From the sequence record ON529852.1: DNA of 64,000 bases. One strand, written 5' to 3'. Position numbers and translations under genes: made by a program. The notes beneath the pieces are model-generated. The model worked only from the letters and a program-made list of their open reading frames with translations, was not told the origin of the DNA and did not search any database. Position 1 is the first letter of the stretch, and each line of letters begins with the position of its first letter. Below, one piece after another: positions 1 through 8,766 of the stretch.

Positions 1-46
1 ACGTGGATGCGGCCCGCGTGCGCGTCGTTGCGAACCACGCCTACGC

Positions 47-298
47 ATGAGCGCCCAGGCCATTCATCTGCTGGCGTTGATCGTGCTGTTTCCGGCCACG
101 ATCGCGTCGTTCGTCTGGTTCCTCATGGCGTGGGGATTCCGGGGCGGCTTCGGCGTCACCTGGCGCTCGGTCGCCCTGTCCGGCGGCGTCTTCCTGACGC
201 TGTTCATCGCCCTGGGCGTGGTCCTCTACCATCCCTACGCCCTGCCGACCCTCCTGTCCGGCATCGTCCTGCCGCCCAACCCTTTCAAGGTGACCTAA
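47..298 (+). CDS. small membrane protein, hypothetical
   Basis: 83-aa ORF with two hydrophobic stretches; first of a tightly packed + strand gene run. Confidence 0.7.
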   Translation: MSAQAIHLLALIVLFPATIASFVWFLMAWGFRGGFGVTWRSVALSGGVFLTLFIALGVVLYHPYALPTLLSGIVLPPNPFKVT

Positions 299-299
299 T

Positions 300-641
300 A
301 TGTTGACCCAGGTCTACTGTGCTCAGAAGACAATCGACGAACGCGGGACGCGCGGCGCCGTCGTCGGTTACTATCGCTCCGAAATCGCCGCAAAGGTGGC
401 GGCGGAGAAACAAGGCTGGTACGGCGGCGACGGGCAAGTCTCGCGTTGTTGGGTCATTACCGTGGCTGGCCGCTTCTATCCGATTGAGCAGTATCAGGAA
501 AAGGGCGTGCCGGTCGACCTGCTCGACAAGAATATCCCATTGGAACTCAAACGGCGGCGCGAGGTGGCCTGGGTCAAGGTCACCGAGGCGCTCAGCCCCG
601 ATGAACGGGACCTCCTCGGCATTACGGAGCCGCAGGCATGA
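300..641 (+). CDS. hypothetical protein
   Basis: 113-aa ORF abutting its neighbours, phage-like codon usage. Confidence 0.75.
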   Translation: MLTQVYCAQKTIDERGTRGAVVGYYRSEIAAKVAAEKQGWYGGDGQVSRCWVITVAGRFYPIEQYQEKGVPVDLLDKNIPLELKRRREVAWVKVTEALSPDERDLLGITEPQA

Positions 642-1003
642 GCAATCCCGTCGTCCTGATCGTCGAGGAGACGATCCAGCGCGCCTATAAGCTGGACCTT
701 GACGATCCCGCCCACGTCGAATTGGTGGACCGGGTGCTGAACAACCCACTGGAACGCCCGGCGGTGTTCGCCTTCGAGCGCCACACCCCGCCGGCGCTGC
801 TGGACAAGCGCGCCCTCAAGGGCAACCGCACGCCCTGGATCAGCGCGACGAACACCAAGGGCCACCAGGTGCGTCTGGACCCTGTCGCCGAACACGCCGT
901 CAACTCGATGATGACGTTGCTGCACGTCGACGAGAAGGGCAAGGCCTATCACCAGGTCAAGGTGAAGCGCACCACGGTGGAACGCGGGCCGGTGAAGTCG
1001 TGA
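638..1003 (+). CDS. hypothetical protein
   Basis: 121-aa ORF, ATGA overlap with the previous gene. Confidence 0.75.
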   Translation: MSNPVVLIVEETIQRAYKLDLDDPAHVELVDRVLNNPLERPAVFAFERHTPPALLDKRALKGNRTPWISATNTKGHQVRLDPVAEHAVNSMMTLLHVDEKGKAYHQVKVKRTTVERGPVKS

Positions 1004-1317
1004 GTTCGGCGATGCTGTGTCCTGAAAACGCCATGACGGTGGTCGGCGCGCCGCGCGACAAGAGCGGCCCGATCATCCTGCGCCTGCACGCCAGTCACTA
1101 CGCCCAGGCGGTGCAGGCGCTCCTGGAAGAGACGGCCGCCGACCTGCGCGACGACCTGAGCCCCGAGGAGGAGGCGGACCCGCAGGCCCAGGCGGACGCG
1201 GACCACCAGGCCTGGAACGACGCCTGCGATCACTTCACCTCGGTGAAGGTCTATCGCGGACACCCGCTTGAAGGGTCGGACGTCGTGACGCCGCTCCAAC
1301 TGATCCACGAGGAATAG
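1000..1317 (+). CDS. hypothetical protein
   Basis: GTGA overlap, acidic 105-aa ORF. Confidence 0.7.
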   Translation: MSSAMLCPENAMTVVGAPRDKSGPIILRLHASHYAQAVQALLEETAADLRDDLSPEEEADPQAQADADHQAWNDACDHFTSVKVYRGHPLEGSDVVTPLQLIHEE

Positions 1318-1560
1318 ATGCACCCTGGATTCTATGTCGTGCGGATGCCGAAGAACGGCGCCGGCAGCCGCTTGATTGTGGAGAGCCGACCGTTCCGAAA
1401 GATCGCCTGGATCGAGGCGGAAGAGCCCGGCTACGCGCGCCGCCAGGCCGAAAGCTGGCGTGACTTCGTCCAGGACGAGCATCCCAAGGACGACGTCTTC
1501 GTCATCGAGCGTGAAGGCCCGATGGACGAATCCCCGCGTCCTCCTCGGCGGACGGACTGA
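1318..1560 (+). CDS. hypothetical protein
   Basis: 80-aa ORF directly after the upstream stop, GAGGA SD-like sequence. Confidence 0.7.
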   Translation: MHPGFYVVRMPKNGAGSRLIVESRPFRKIAWIEAEEPGYARRQAESWRDFVQDEHPKDDVFVIEREGPMDESPRPPRRTD

Positions 1561-2108
1561 TGAAACCGCCCTGCAAGAAACGCTTCCTGGCGAAGTCCAT
1601 CCAGGACTTGGGGGAGTTCACGCGCCATTACGGCCTGACGCCGCCCGAGGGCCATGACCTTAGCCTGAAGGCTCTGGAGCAGAAATCCTGGGCGTGGTTC
1701 GCCAAATCGCTTCACGACGTCAGTGGCGAGATTTACAGCGCCAGCATCGACGCCTACCTGCGCCCGATGGATCGTCAGTGGGGCACGGCCATGGCGATCG
1801 CCTACGAGCCTGTGCGCGTCGGCGGGCTGGTCTTCATTTGGGACGCGCGTCCCTGTGGAAATCTGGAGCGCTACTTGGACGCCGTCGGCGTCCTGGTGGA
1901 GATCGATCGGGAGAAGAACCCCAACCGCCTCTACGAGGATGACGGCGGACCCGCCCGTTGCGGTCAGCGCTACCACCTCCAGAAACTGGACGGGTCAACC
2001 GTCTCCTGGGGCAACTGCGCCCCGCGCAATGTGGTCTCACACCGGATCACCGAAATGAACCGACAGATCGTCAAGGACCTGACAAGAGACCGATGGCCGA
2101 ACCTCTGA
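1560..2108 (+). CDS. hypothetical protein
   Basis: 182-aa ORF, TGATG overlap. Confidence 0.75.
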   Translation: MKPPCKKRFLAKSIQDLGEFTRHYGLTPPEGHDLSLKALEQKSWAWFAKSLHDVSGEIYSASIDAYLRPMDRQWGTAMAIAYEPVRVGGLVFIWDARPCGNLERYLDAVGVLVEIDREKNPNRLYEDDGGPARCGQRYHLQKLDGSTVSWGNCAPRNVVSHRITEMNRQIVKDLTRDRWPNL

Positions 2109-2359
2109 CCCCCGCCGAGATCGATGAAGGCTGGATCGCCGAGCCCTGCGGCTGCGCCTACCATCCCGGCTCCAGCACCCCGCGCGACCTCGGCGGCGGC
2201 ATGGTCGTGGTCAACGAAGGGTTCCGCCGCCGGTGGTGCCAGACGCACACCGATGAACTCATGCGTGATCGTGCGGCGCTGCGCTATCGGTTGTTCGAAG
2301 CGCCAGATGCGCCGGCGCCTAGCCCGATGGAACACTGGCTCCGGCGCAACCGCGACTGA
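2093..2359 (+). CDS. hypothetical protein (Cys/His-containing)
   Basis: Start re-assigned to ATG 2093 (MAEPLTPAEID...); fills the gap in the operon. Confidence 0.65.
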   Translation: MAEPLTPAEIDEGWIAEPCGCAYHPGSSTPRDLGGGMVVVNEGFRRRWCQTHTDELMRDRAALRYRLFEAPDAPAPSPMEHWLRRNRD

Positions 2360-2360
2360 C

Positions 2361-2831
2361 ATGGCGGTTCTCGACATCGGCTCATGGAAGCCCTGGCCCT
2401 CGGGCGCCCTGTCCAACTTCCCACCCCACGCCTTCGTGTTCGAGGACGTCGAATGCGCCTCCATGGAGGGGCTGGTCCAGGCGTTCAAGTTCAACGAGCC
2501 CTACAAACAGGTCATCACCTGCAAGGCCGTGGGCGAGGCCGCCAAGAACATGGGACGGCGACGCAACCTGCACTGGCAGCGCGTCCAGACCCTATGGTGG
2601 AAGACGGACGCCTACGACCGCCACAGCCCCGAATACCAGGCGCTGCTGGATCGCGCCTACAACGCCCTGGCGACCAACCCAGACTTCCGCGACGCCTTGC
2701 TCGCGACGGGCGAAGACTTCCTGACCCATTCGATCGGCGGGCGCGATCCGCACGAGACCATCCTGACCGAAGCCGAGTTCTGCACCCGGCTGATGCGGCT
2801 GCGCCGCGAAATCCGCGAAGGCCTGAGATGA
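2361..2831 (+). CDS. NADAR family protein (T4 gp30.3/YbiA-like)
   Basis: Start re-assigned to ATG 2361; LSNF...F..E.VECASMEGLVQAFK and RDALLATG...L.HSIG pattern typical of phage NADAR proteins. Confidence 0.7.
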   Translation: MAVLDIGSWKPWPSGALSNFPPHAFVFEDVECASMEGLVQAFKFNEPYKQVITCKAVGEAAKNMGRRRNLHWQRVQTLWWKTDAYDRHSPEYQALLDRAYNALATNPDFRDALLATGEDFLTHSIGGRDPHETILTEAEFCTRLMRLRREIREGLR

Positions 2832-3082
2832 CCGCCCCTTGCATCTATCTGACGGCCCCGGCCGAACTGCATGAGGCCAAGCGCTTCGGCGACGGCTGGC
2901 GCCAGGTGGTGCAGCCGGAACGCTTCCTGTGTGCTTGGGCCACCTATCACGAGGACGCCGTCGCGGCGTTGTCGAAGGCGCCGCCCTGGCTGGTCACCAA
3001 CGCGCTCGCCGGGCACCTGGTGCGCGCCGACAAGGATTGCCCGCGCTGTCCCTACTACAAGGCCGGCGATCCGGTCGAATAG
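2828..3082 (+). CDS. hypothetical protein with C-terminal CxxC
   Basis: ATGA overlap at 2828, MTAPCIYL...CPRCPYY. Confidence 0.65.
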   Translation: MTAPCIYLTAPAELHEAKRFGDGWRQVVQPERFLCAWATYHEDAVAALSKAPPWLVTNALAGHLVRADKDCPRCPYYKAGDPVE

Positions 3083-3101
3083 CCGTAAATCCTGACATCT
3101 T

Positions 3102-3142
3102 CTGCCGTATTTCTTGACACCTACGGCGGCGTTAACCATAGT
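3102..3142 (+). promoter_or_regulatory. sigma70-type promoter with upstream CTGCCGT motif and TTAACCAT site
   Basis: TTGACA (3114-3119), 17 nt, CATAGT (3137-3142); CTGCCGT at 3102-3108; TTAACCAT at 3132-3139. Confidence 0.65.
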
Positions 3143-3175
3143 CCGAGGCTTGAACCCCCGACCTCAGGACTAGCC

Positions 3176-4414
3176 GTGAGCACCTTTGCTGTACCGATCC
3201 TCGCGATCGACGACGTCTACGATCACCCCAACGCTGATCGCCTCTCCATCATCCGCATTCGCGGCTACGAAGCCGTCGCCGGCAAGGCCGAGGACGGATC
3301 GCACCGCTTTGTCAAGGGGGAGCGCATCATCTACGTGCCCGAGGGCGCGGTGGTGCCGGCCGCGCACCTGAAGGAGCGCGGCTACTGGAACGAGGCCAAG
3401 GACATCGGCCTGCTGGCGGGAACCAAGGGCAACCGCGTCAAGGCGATCACCCTGCGTGGCGTGCTGAGCCAGGGCCTGGTGTGGAAGACCGAACCCCTCG
3501 TCGGTGCAAAGGTCAAGGATCGCGCGACCGGAGACATCGTCGCCCAGGTGAATCCGGAGAAGCCTGCGCTGGCGGTCGCCACGGCCGAAGACGGCTCGAA
3601 AACGGCGGTGATGGTTGATTTCGGCGACGACGTCGCCGACTTCTTCGGCATCACCAAATACGACCCGCCGATCCCTCCGGGCCTGGACGGCGACGTCTTT
3701 GGCCTGTTCGAGGCGATGTTCAACTACGACATCGAGAACGCCAAGGCCTTCCCGAACCTGTTCACCGAGGACGACGTCGTCACGGTGACGGAGAAGCTGC
3801 ACGGCACCTTCTGCCGGATGACCTACATGCCCGGCATCGAGCCGCGCGACGATTTGTTCGGCGACGGCCGCGTGGCGATCACCTCCAAGGGCCTGGGCGC
3901 CGACGGCCTGGTGTTCAAGAACACCGCCTTCAATCGTCAGAAGAACGTCTACGTGCGCAATATGCTGCCGCTGGTGGACCACTTCGTCTCGGCCTGCAAC
4001 CAGGACGCCAAGGGCCTGACCGTCCACCTGATGGGCGAGGTTTACGGCGCTGGCGTGCAGGACCTCAAGTACGGCCGAACCGAGGACCAGGGCTTCGCCG
4101 CCTTCGACGTCTGGATCGAGAAGTCGGGCTTCCTGGCCGAGGTCGAGAAGGATTACGCCTGCATCGCCTTCGGGGTGGAGCGAGTGCCGGTCTTGTTCGA
4201 GGGCTTCTACGACAAGGCGCTGATCGAGGACTTCGCCAAGGGCGACACCACGATCGACGGCGCCGAGAACATCCGCGAAGGCGTCGTCGTGACCCTGACC
4301 GGAGAGCAGGACAAACGCCCCGACGGCAACGGCCTGGGCGGCACCCTGCGCCCGATCTGCAAGGTCGTGTCGGAAGCCTACCTGACCCGCAAGGGCGGGA
4401 CCGAACTGCAATAG
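3176..4414 (+). CDS. RNA ligase (DRB0094/Rnl2-like family)
   Basis: N-terminal HPNADRL, YVPEGAVVP and RVKAITLRGVLSQG; nucleotidyltransferase motifs TEKLHG, GEVYG, FDV, REGVVV. Confidence 0.85.
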   Translation: MSTFAVPILAIDDVYDHPNADRLSIIRIRGYEAVAGKAEDGSHRFVKGERIIYVPEGAVVPAAHLKERGYWNEAKDIGLLAGTKGNRVKAITLRGVLSQGLVWKTEPLVGAKVKDRATGDIVAQVNPEKPALAVATAEDGSKTAVMVDFGDDVADFFGITKYDPPIPPGLDGDVFGLFEAMFNYDIENAKAFPNLFTEDDVVTVTEKLHGTFCRMTYMPGIEPRDDLFGDGRVAITSKGLGADGLVFKNTAFNRQKNVYVRNMLPLVDHFVSACNQDAKGLTVHLMGEVYGAGVQDLKYGRTEDQGFAAFDVWIEKSGFLAEVEKDYACIAFGVERVPVLFEGFYDKALIEDFAKGDTTIDGAENIREGVVVTLTGEQDKRPDGNGLGGTLRPICKVVSEAYLTRKGGTELQ

Positions 4415-4429
4415 GAGTCACGTTTTCCG

Positions 4430-4774
4430 ATGCAGTCGCTTCAGGACGGCCTGGTTGAATGGGCCACCTACGCCTTCGGGCGTGAAACGATCGACGACCA
4501 GCGCCAGCGCGCCATGCGCTGCCTGGAAGAGGCGGTCGAACTGGCCCAGGCCCTGGGTGTGGATGAGGCGGCCTGCCACCGGCAGGTCGTCCACACCTAT
4601 GGCCGCCCCGTCGGCGATCCCGCCCAGGAGGTCGCCGGCGTCATCAACGGCGCTCTGATGGCGGCCGAGAGCATCGGCGTCGACGGCCTGCTGGTCGCCG
4701 AGGCTGAACTGGAGCGGGTCTGGCTCTGCGTGGACGAAATCCGCATCAAGCAACTGGCGAAGGTTCAGCCCTAA
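4430..4774 (+). CDS. MazG-like NTP pyrophosphohydrolase
   Basis: LEEAVELAQA...QEVAGV helical acidic motif. Confidence 0.6.
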   Translation: MQSLQDGLVEWATYAFGRETIDDQRQRAMRCLEEAVELAQALGVDEAACHRQVVHTYGRPVGDPAQEVAGVINGALMAAESIGVDGLLVAEAELERVWLCVDEIRIKQLAKVQP

Positions 4775-4777
4775 GCC

Positions 4778-6712
4778 GTGGCCCACATCGACTATGAGAA
4801 CAACCTGTTTCTCGGACGCGGCACGTTCGAGGAGCGGGAAATCTTCCGTGATGTCCTGGGCAAGTTCCAGGGCTTCACCTTTTCCAAGGAATACGGCTGC
4901 TGGACGACCGGCGACGTCGTGATGGCCCAGGCGGTCAAGGGCGTGGTCTGGACCGACCGCGCCATGGCGCGTCTGCGCACCCTGCTGGAAGCCGCCAAGA
5001 TCAGCGAAGAACTGTCGTGGCGATCGGATACGACCTATGTGCCGCCGTCGCCGCCGGGGTTGAGTTACCTCCCCTACCAACGCGCCGGAATCGAATACGC
5101 ACTGATGCGCAAGGACACGCTGATCGCCGATCAGCCTGGTCTGGGCAAGACCATCCAGGCGATCGGCGTCTTGAACGCTGACGAGACCATCAACAGCGCC
5201 CTGTTCATCGTGCCGGCCTCGCTGAAGATCAACTGGCATCGCGAGATCGACAAGTGGATGCTGCCCAACCTGACCTTCGGCATCGCCGAGGCCAAGCGGA
5301 TCGACAAGGAGTTGATCGGTTACGCCAAGGCCTATGAATATGTCGAGGACGGGGTCTACAAGACCGGGGCCAAGGCGGGCCAGCCCAAGTTCAAGAAGGT
5401 CGAGGTCCAGGGCAAGCCCAAGTATCGCAACGTCGAGACGTCCGACTACTGGCCCGACACCGACGTCGTCATCATCAACTACGACATCCTGGAGCGCTTC
5501 GCGGTCCAGATCAAGGAACGCAACTGGGACTACCTGGTCTGCGACGAATGCCATGCGCTGAAGAGCGCCGCGACCGGGCGCACCCTGTTCGTGCTCGGCG
5601 GCAAGCAGGAGTTCAACAAGGCCCAGCGCGACAAGCGCAAGGCCGAGGGCCTGTCGTCGCGGCCGATCTGGCATCGCGCCATCGACGCCAACCGCCGCGT
5701 CTTCCTGTCCGGCACGCCGATGATGTCGCGGCCGGTGGAGTTGTGGCCCATCGCTCACGCCTTCAACCCCTCCGACCTGGGCCGCGACTATGTCGACTTC
5801 GCCTACCGCTACTGCGCCGCCTGGACGACCGCCTACGGTCTGGACGTTTCGGGCGCCTCGAACCTGGAGGAGTTGGGCCAGAAGGCCCGCGCCAGCTTCA
5901 TGGTGCGCCGGCTGAAACGCGAGGTGCTACCGGAACTGCCGCCCAAGCGCCGCATCGTCGTCACCCTGGACAGCCCTGAAATCCGCGAACTGGTCGCCCG
6001 TGAAGACGAACTGGCCCAGGCGTTGCGCCTCTACGAGAACGTCACCCTCAACAAGGGCGTGGTGGTCGACGAGATCAACCACGGCATCCAGATCGTCAAC
6101 CACATGACGCGGATGGGGATGACGGACGAGTTCGATCCCGACAATCCGAACTGGCGCTCGCTCGACCTCGACTACGCCGCCTCGGTCGCCGGTCTGGAGC
6201 CGCCGGCCGTCGCCATCCTGTTCGAGGAAATGGCGAAGGTGCGCCGCGATCTCGGCCTCGCCAAGCTGAGCGCGCTCAAGCCGTGGATGGATGATTTCCT
6301 GGAGGGTGGCGAGAAGCTGCTGATGTTCGCCTACCACTCCGACGTGGTCAAGGCGCTGGCCCTGGCGGCCGAGAAGTGGAACCCGGCGGTGATCTGGGGC
6401 GGCACGCCCCTGCACAAGCGCCAAGGCGAGGTCGACAAGCTGCAAGGCGACGAAAGCTGCCGCCTGTTTATCGGCAACATCCAGGCGGCCGGCGTCGGCT
6501 TCACCATGACGCGCGCCCATGACGTCGCCTTCGCCGAGGGCGACTGGGTGCCCAGCCAGATTGAGCAGTGTGAGGACCGCGCCTGCCGCATCGGCCAGAC
6601 GGCCGAGAAGATCAACAGCTACTTCCTGGTCGCCAACGGCTCGCTCGATTCCCGCATCGCCCAGGCCGCCAAGGCCAAGGAAGACAACATCAACCTGGCG
6701 ATGGGGGCGTGA
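4778..6712 (+). CDS. SNF2/HARP-like helicase
   Basis: ADQPGLGKT (Walker A), DECH, LSGTP, GVGFTMTRA, QCEDRACRIGQ. Confidence 0.9.
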   Translation: MAHIDYENNLFLGRGTFEEREIFRDVLGKFQGFTFSKEYGCWTTGDVVMAQAVKGVVWTDRAMARLRTLLEAAKISEELSWRSDTTYVPPSPPGLSYLPYQRAGIEYALMRKDTLIADQPGLGKTIQAIGVLNADETINSALFIVPASLKINWHREIDKWMLPNLTFGIAEAKRIDKELIGYAKAYEYVEDGVYKTGAKAGQPKFKKVEVQGKPKYRNVETSDYWPDTDVVIINYDILERFAVQIKERNWDYLVCDECHALKSAATGRTLFVLGGKQEFNKAQRDKRKAEGLSSRPIWHRAIDANRRVFLSGTPMMSRPVELWPIAHAFNPSDLGRDYVDFAYRYCAAWTTAYGLDVSGASNLEELGQKARASFMVRRLKREVLPELPPKRRIVVTLDSPEIRELVAREDELAQALRLYENVTLNKGVVVDEINHGIQIVNHMTRMGMTDEFDPDNPNWRSLDLDYAASVAGLEPPAVAILFEEMAKVRRDLGLAKLSALKPWMDDFLEGGEKLLMFAYHSDVVKALALAAEKWNPAVIWGGTPLHKRQGEVDKLQGDESCRLFIGNIQAAGVGFTMTRAHDVAFAEGDWVPSQIEQCEDRACRIGQTAEKINSYFLVANGSLDSRIAQAAKAKEDNINLAMGA

Positions 6713-7131
6713 CCTCCCGCACCGCGTGGCAGAAAGAGGTCGACGACCTGTTCTGGGGCGGCGAGCCGTTCGCCGACCGCCAGCGCCGGGTCGAGACTGA
6801 ACGCCGCGAGCGGTGGTCCCAGGAAGTGCGCATCAATCCGTCGGCCGAGGTCTTGGTCGGGCTGTGCCGTAAAGCGCGGTCGCAGGGTCTGCGCGGCATG
6901 TTGCACCAGGGCGACCTCTACTGGTGGCAGGCCTATTACGCCACGCACCACGACGTCCTTCACTGGATGGCGATCCCCGGCAACAAACTGGCGACCGGCG
7001 TGGAGTTGCACGTCTTCGATGACGGGGCCGTCGGCCTGACCGCGTTCGATCCTGCGGCCTTCGAGGCGTGTTTGATCCACCCGAGTCTGATCGGCCGGAT
7101 CGACGCTGAAGGCGTGCTGATCAGCCGCTGA
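6709..7131 (+). CDS. hypothetical protein
   Basis: 140-aa ORF, GTGA overlap with the helicase stop. Confidence 0.7.
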   Translation: MTSRTAWQKEVDDLFWGGEPFADRQRRVETERRERWSQEVRINPSAEVLVGLCRKARSQGLRGMLHQGDLYWWQAYYATHHDVLHWMAIPGNKLATGVELHVFDDGAVGLTAFDPAAFEACLIHPSLIGRIDAEGVLISR

Positions 7132-7212
7132 CAGGCGCCGGCGTTTTCGGCGCCGCAACAAAACTGTGATAGGGGCGTTGGTCAGGCTGTAGTTTTTGCC
7201 TTCAGGACCCCT

Positions 7213-7542
7213 ATGCATACCCGACAACCCGAAGAGTTCGCCCGCATTCTCGACGAGGCGGCCGAGCATATCGCACGCCAACCGATCCATCCCGGTCAAT
7301 CCCTGCCGGGGTTATGGAACCTGGACGACGATTCTCACGAGCCGGCGCGCCTGATCGGCGTCATCGTGGCCTCGGCCCTGGCCCAAGTCTGCAAGACCGG
7401 CGATTGCGACCTGCAAGAGGCGCTCGCCAGCTATGCGGCGGTCTCCCACAACATCCCCCTGGTCGCCAAGGGCGGTCCGGACGTGATCGCGGCGCAGAAC
7501 CTGCGCGACGCCGCCCGGACGCTGCGTGAAGCGCGTCACTGA
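7213..7542 (+). CDS. hypothetical protein
   Basis: 109-aa ORF, AGGA SD-like sequence, followed by a terminator. Confidence 0.7.
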   Translation: MHTRQPEEFARILDEAAEHIARQPIHPGQSLPGLWNLDDDSHEPARLIGVIVASALAQVCKTGDCDLQEALASYAAVSHNIPLVAKGGPDVIAAQNLRDAARTLREARH

Positions 7543-7545
7543 CAC

Positions 7546-7580
7546 AAAAAAGACCCGTCGCTGTCGAGCGCCGGGTCTTT
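7546..7580. terminator. bidirectional rho-independent terminator
   Basis: AAAAAAGACCCG...CGGGTCTTT between convergent units. Confidence 0.7.
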
Positions 7581-7585
7581 GATGT

Positions 7586-7672
7586 TGGAGGTGCGACCTG
7601 GACTCGAACCAGGATGAGGGTAATCCCTACGGCTTATGAGGCCGCTGCCTGTTCCAGCCGCGCCACCGCACC
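7586..7672 (-). tRNA. tRNA with CAT anticodon (Met or Ile2), long variable arm, encoded CCA
   Basis: GGTGCGG/TCGCACC acceptor, GCGGC-CTCATAA-GCCGT anticodon arm, variable hairpin AGGG-ATTA-CCCT, CCTGGTTCGAGTCCAGG T-arm, U73. Confidence 0.8.
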
Positions 7673-7684
7673 AAAAAGAAATCC

Positions 7685-7756
7685 AGGCGTGCTTCCGTTA
7701 CACTAAACCGGCGAGGGTCATGACCCTCGGACGCCGGCTGCGGGATCGAACCGCTC
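7685..7756 (-). ncRNA. circularly permuted tRNA-like module (T-arm, closed acceptor stem, D-arm)
   Basis: GCGGTTCGATCCCGC, then AGCCGGCG...CGCCGGTT, then AGTGTAACGGAAGCAC; closely similar to the tRNA-like domain at 12874-12930. Confidence 0.5.
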
Positions 7757-7903
7757 TACCTGTGTATCCGCTGTCCGCGCCACGCCAGCGTCCGCCGCTA
7801 AGCGGGCGCCTGGAGAGTCGAACTCCGACAACGAAGATTCGGACCAGCCCGTCGGCCGGTCCACGAACGCCGCGACGCCGAGGGAGGCGCCGGGGCGATC
7901 GAA

Positions 7904-7981
7904 TGGGAGCGGGGACACGATTCGAACGTGCGATCTCTTGGTTATGAGCCAAGAATGTTGACCGGGCTACACTACCCCGCG
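7904..7981 (-). tRNA. tRNA-Met(CAT), initiator-like
   Basis: CGCGGGG 5' end with C1:U72 mismatch, CTTGG-CTCATAA-CCAAG anticodon arm, TTCGAAT T-loop, CCA. Confidence 0.85.
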
Positions 7982-7991
7982 ACTCTTAGGC

Positions 7992-8293
7992 GCCAGTTCC
8001 GACGGCAGTGCGCCGGCTGGTACTCAACGGACTCCTCCGCCGACCCTGCGCCAGGAACCATGGCGGACGCAGGATCAAGACGAAGGCGTTGCTTTACACC
8101 CACTTCGGACGCCGGACCCGTCGGGCCGGCGAAACTTTGACCAGGGGTTGTGGGACGAGTAATCCCGCCCTCTGGCCCGGCGGACTACTAGGCCTGCCCT
8201 TGCCTGGGCTCCCCCAGGCGTCCGGCACGACTTTTGGTCAACCAACCTTTACTCACGAAGACGGACGTAGCACCCGGCGTGGATCGGAACTGG
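7992..8293 (-). ncRNA. candidate ~300-nt structured RNA of unknown family
   Basis: 10-bp closing helix CCAGTTCCGA/TCGGAACTGG plus nested helices; lies between tmRNA and tRNA-Met; no credible ORF. Confidence 0.5.
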
Positions 8294-8374
8294 TAGGCCC
8301 CTCTCCTGAACGGGCCGCCGTGCTCTGGCGGTGGTCCGTCGTCATCGCCGCCGGCGTCCGCCTGCGAGAGTAAA

Positions 8375-8711
8375 GTGGGGAACTTTCTGTTCCAAGGCCC
8401 GGCAAGCCGGGGTTCCCCATACCCGTGGACGCCCTTAGGCGGCCAGGAGGACTCGTTCGCCAGCGGCGAAGTTGTCGTTGTGTGCTTCGACAGTTGTCAA
8501 AGTTGGATCGTGAGCGGCCGAAACCGCCATGCAGACCCTAGCACTCGCCATTCAATCCCGTCACCAACGTCAATCGATACTGGTCGGCCCCTCAAACCGC
8601 GCCCGTCTCCCATCATAGGAGGGGGATTGGTGGAGCCGACGGGATTCGCACCCGTGTCTTGTCCGTCTGTTTCGTTCTCTCTGCTTCGGTCCGAAGACCT
8701 CCGCGCGACGA
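8375..8711 (-). ncRNA. ssrA: two-piece (circularly permuted) tmRNA, alphaproteobacterial type
   Basis: Acceptor piece ends ACGGGTGCGAATCCCGTCGGCTCCACCA (CCA end at 8628); 36-nt intervening segment; coding piece starts GGGGCCGA at 8591 (G3.U70 Ala identity); tag ORF 8491-8435 reads VEAHNDNFAAGERVLLAA*. The 8375 end is approximate. Confidence 0.9.
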
Positions 8712-8717
8712 AATGCC

Positions 8718-8758
8718 TGTATACAGAGTCCGTTTCTGAGTGTCAAGCATTCCGTCAA
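8718..8758 (-). promoter_or_regulatory. sigma70-type promoter of the tmRNA gene
   Basis: TTGACA (8746-8741), 17 nt, TATACA (8723-8718); upstream TTGACGG-N5 repeat. Confidence 0.75.
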
Positions 8759-8766
8759 AGATTTCT

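Noticed and set aside
7992-8293. RNase P RNA or group I intron (CCAGTT start, UAGUCC resembling the S element)
   Set aside because: No GAGGAAAGUCC or ACAGAA.CCGGC P4 signatures and no matching GACUA P7 partner; not inside a gene
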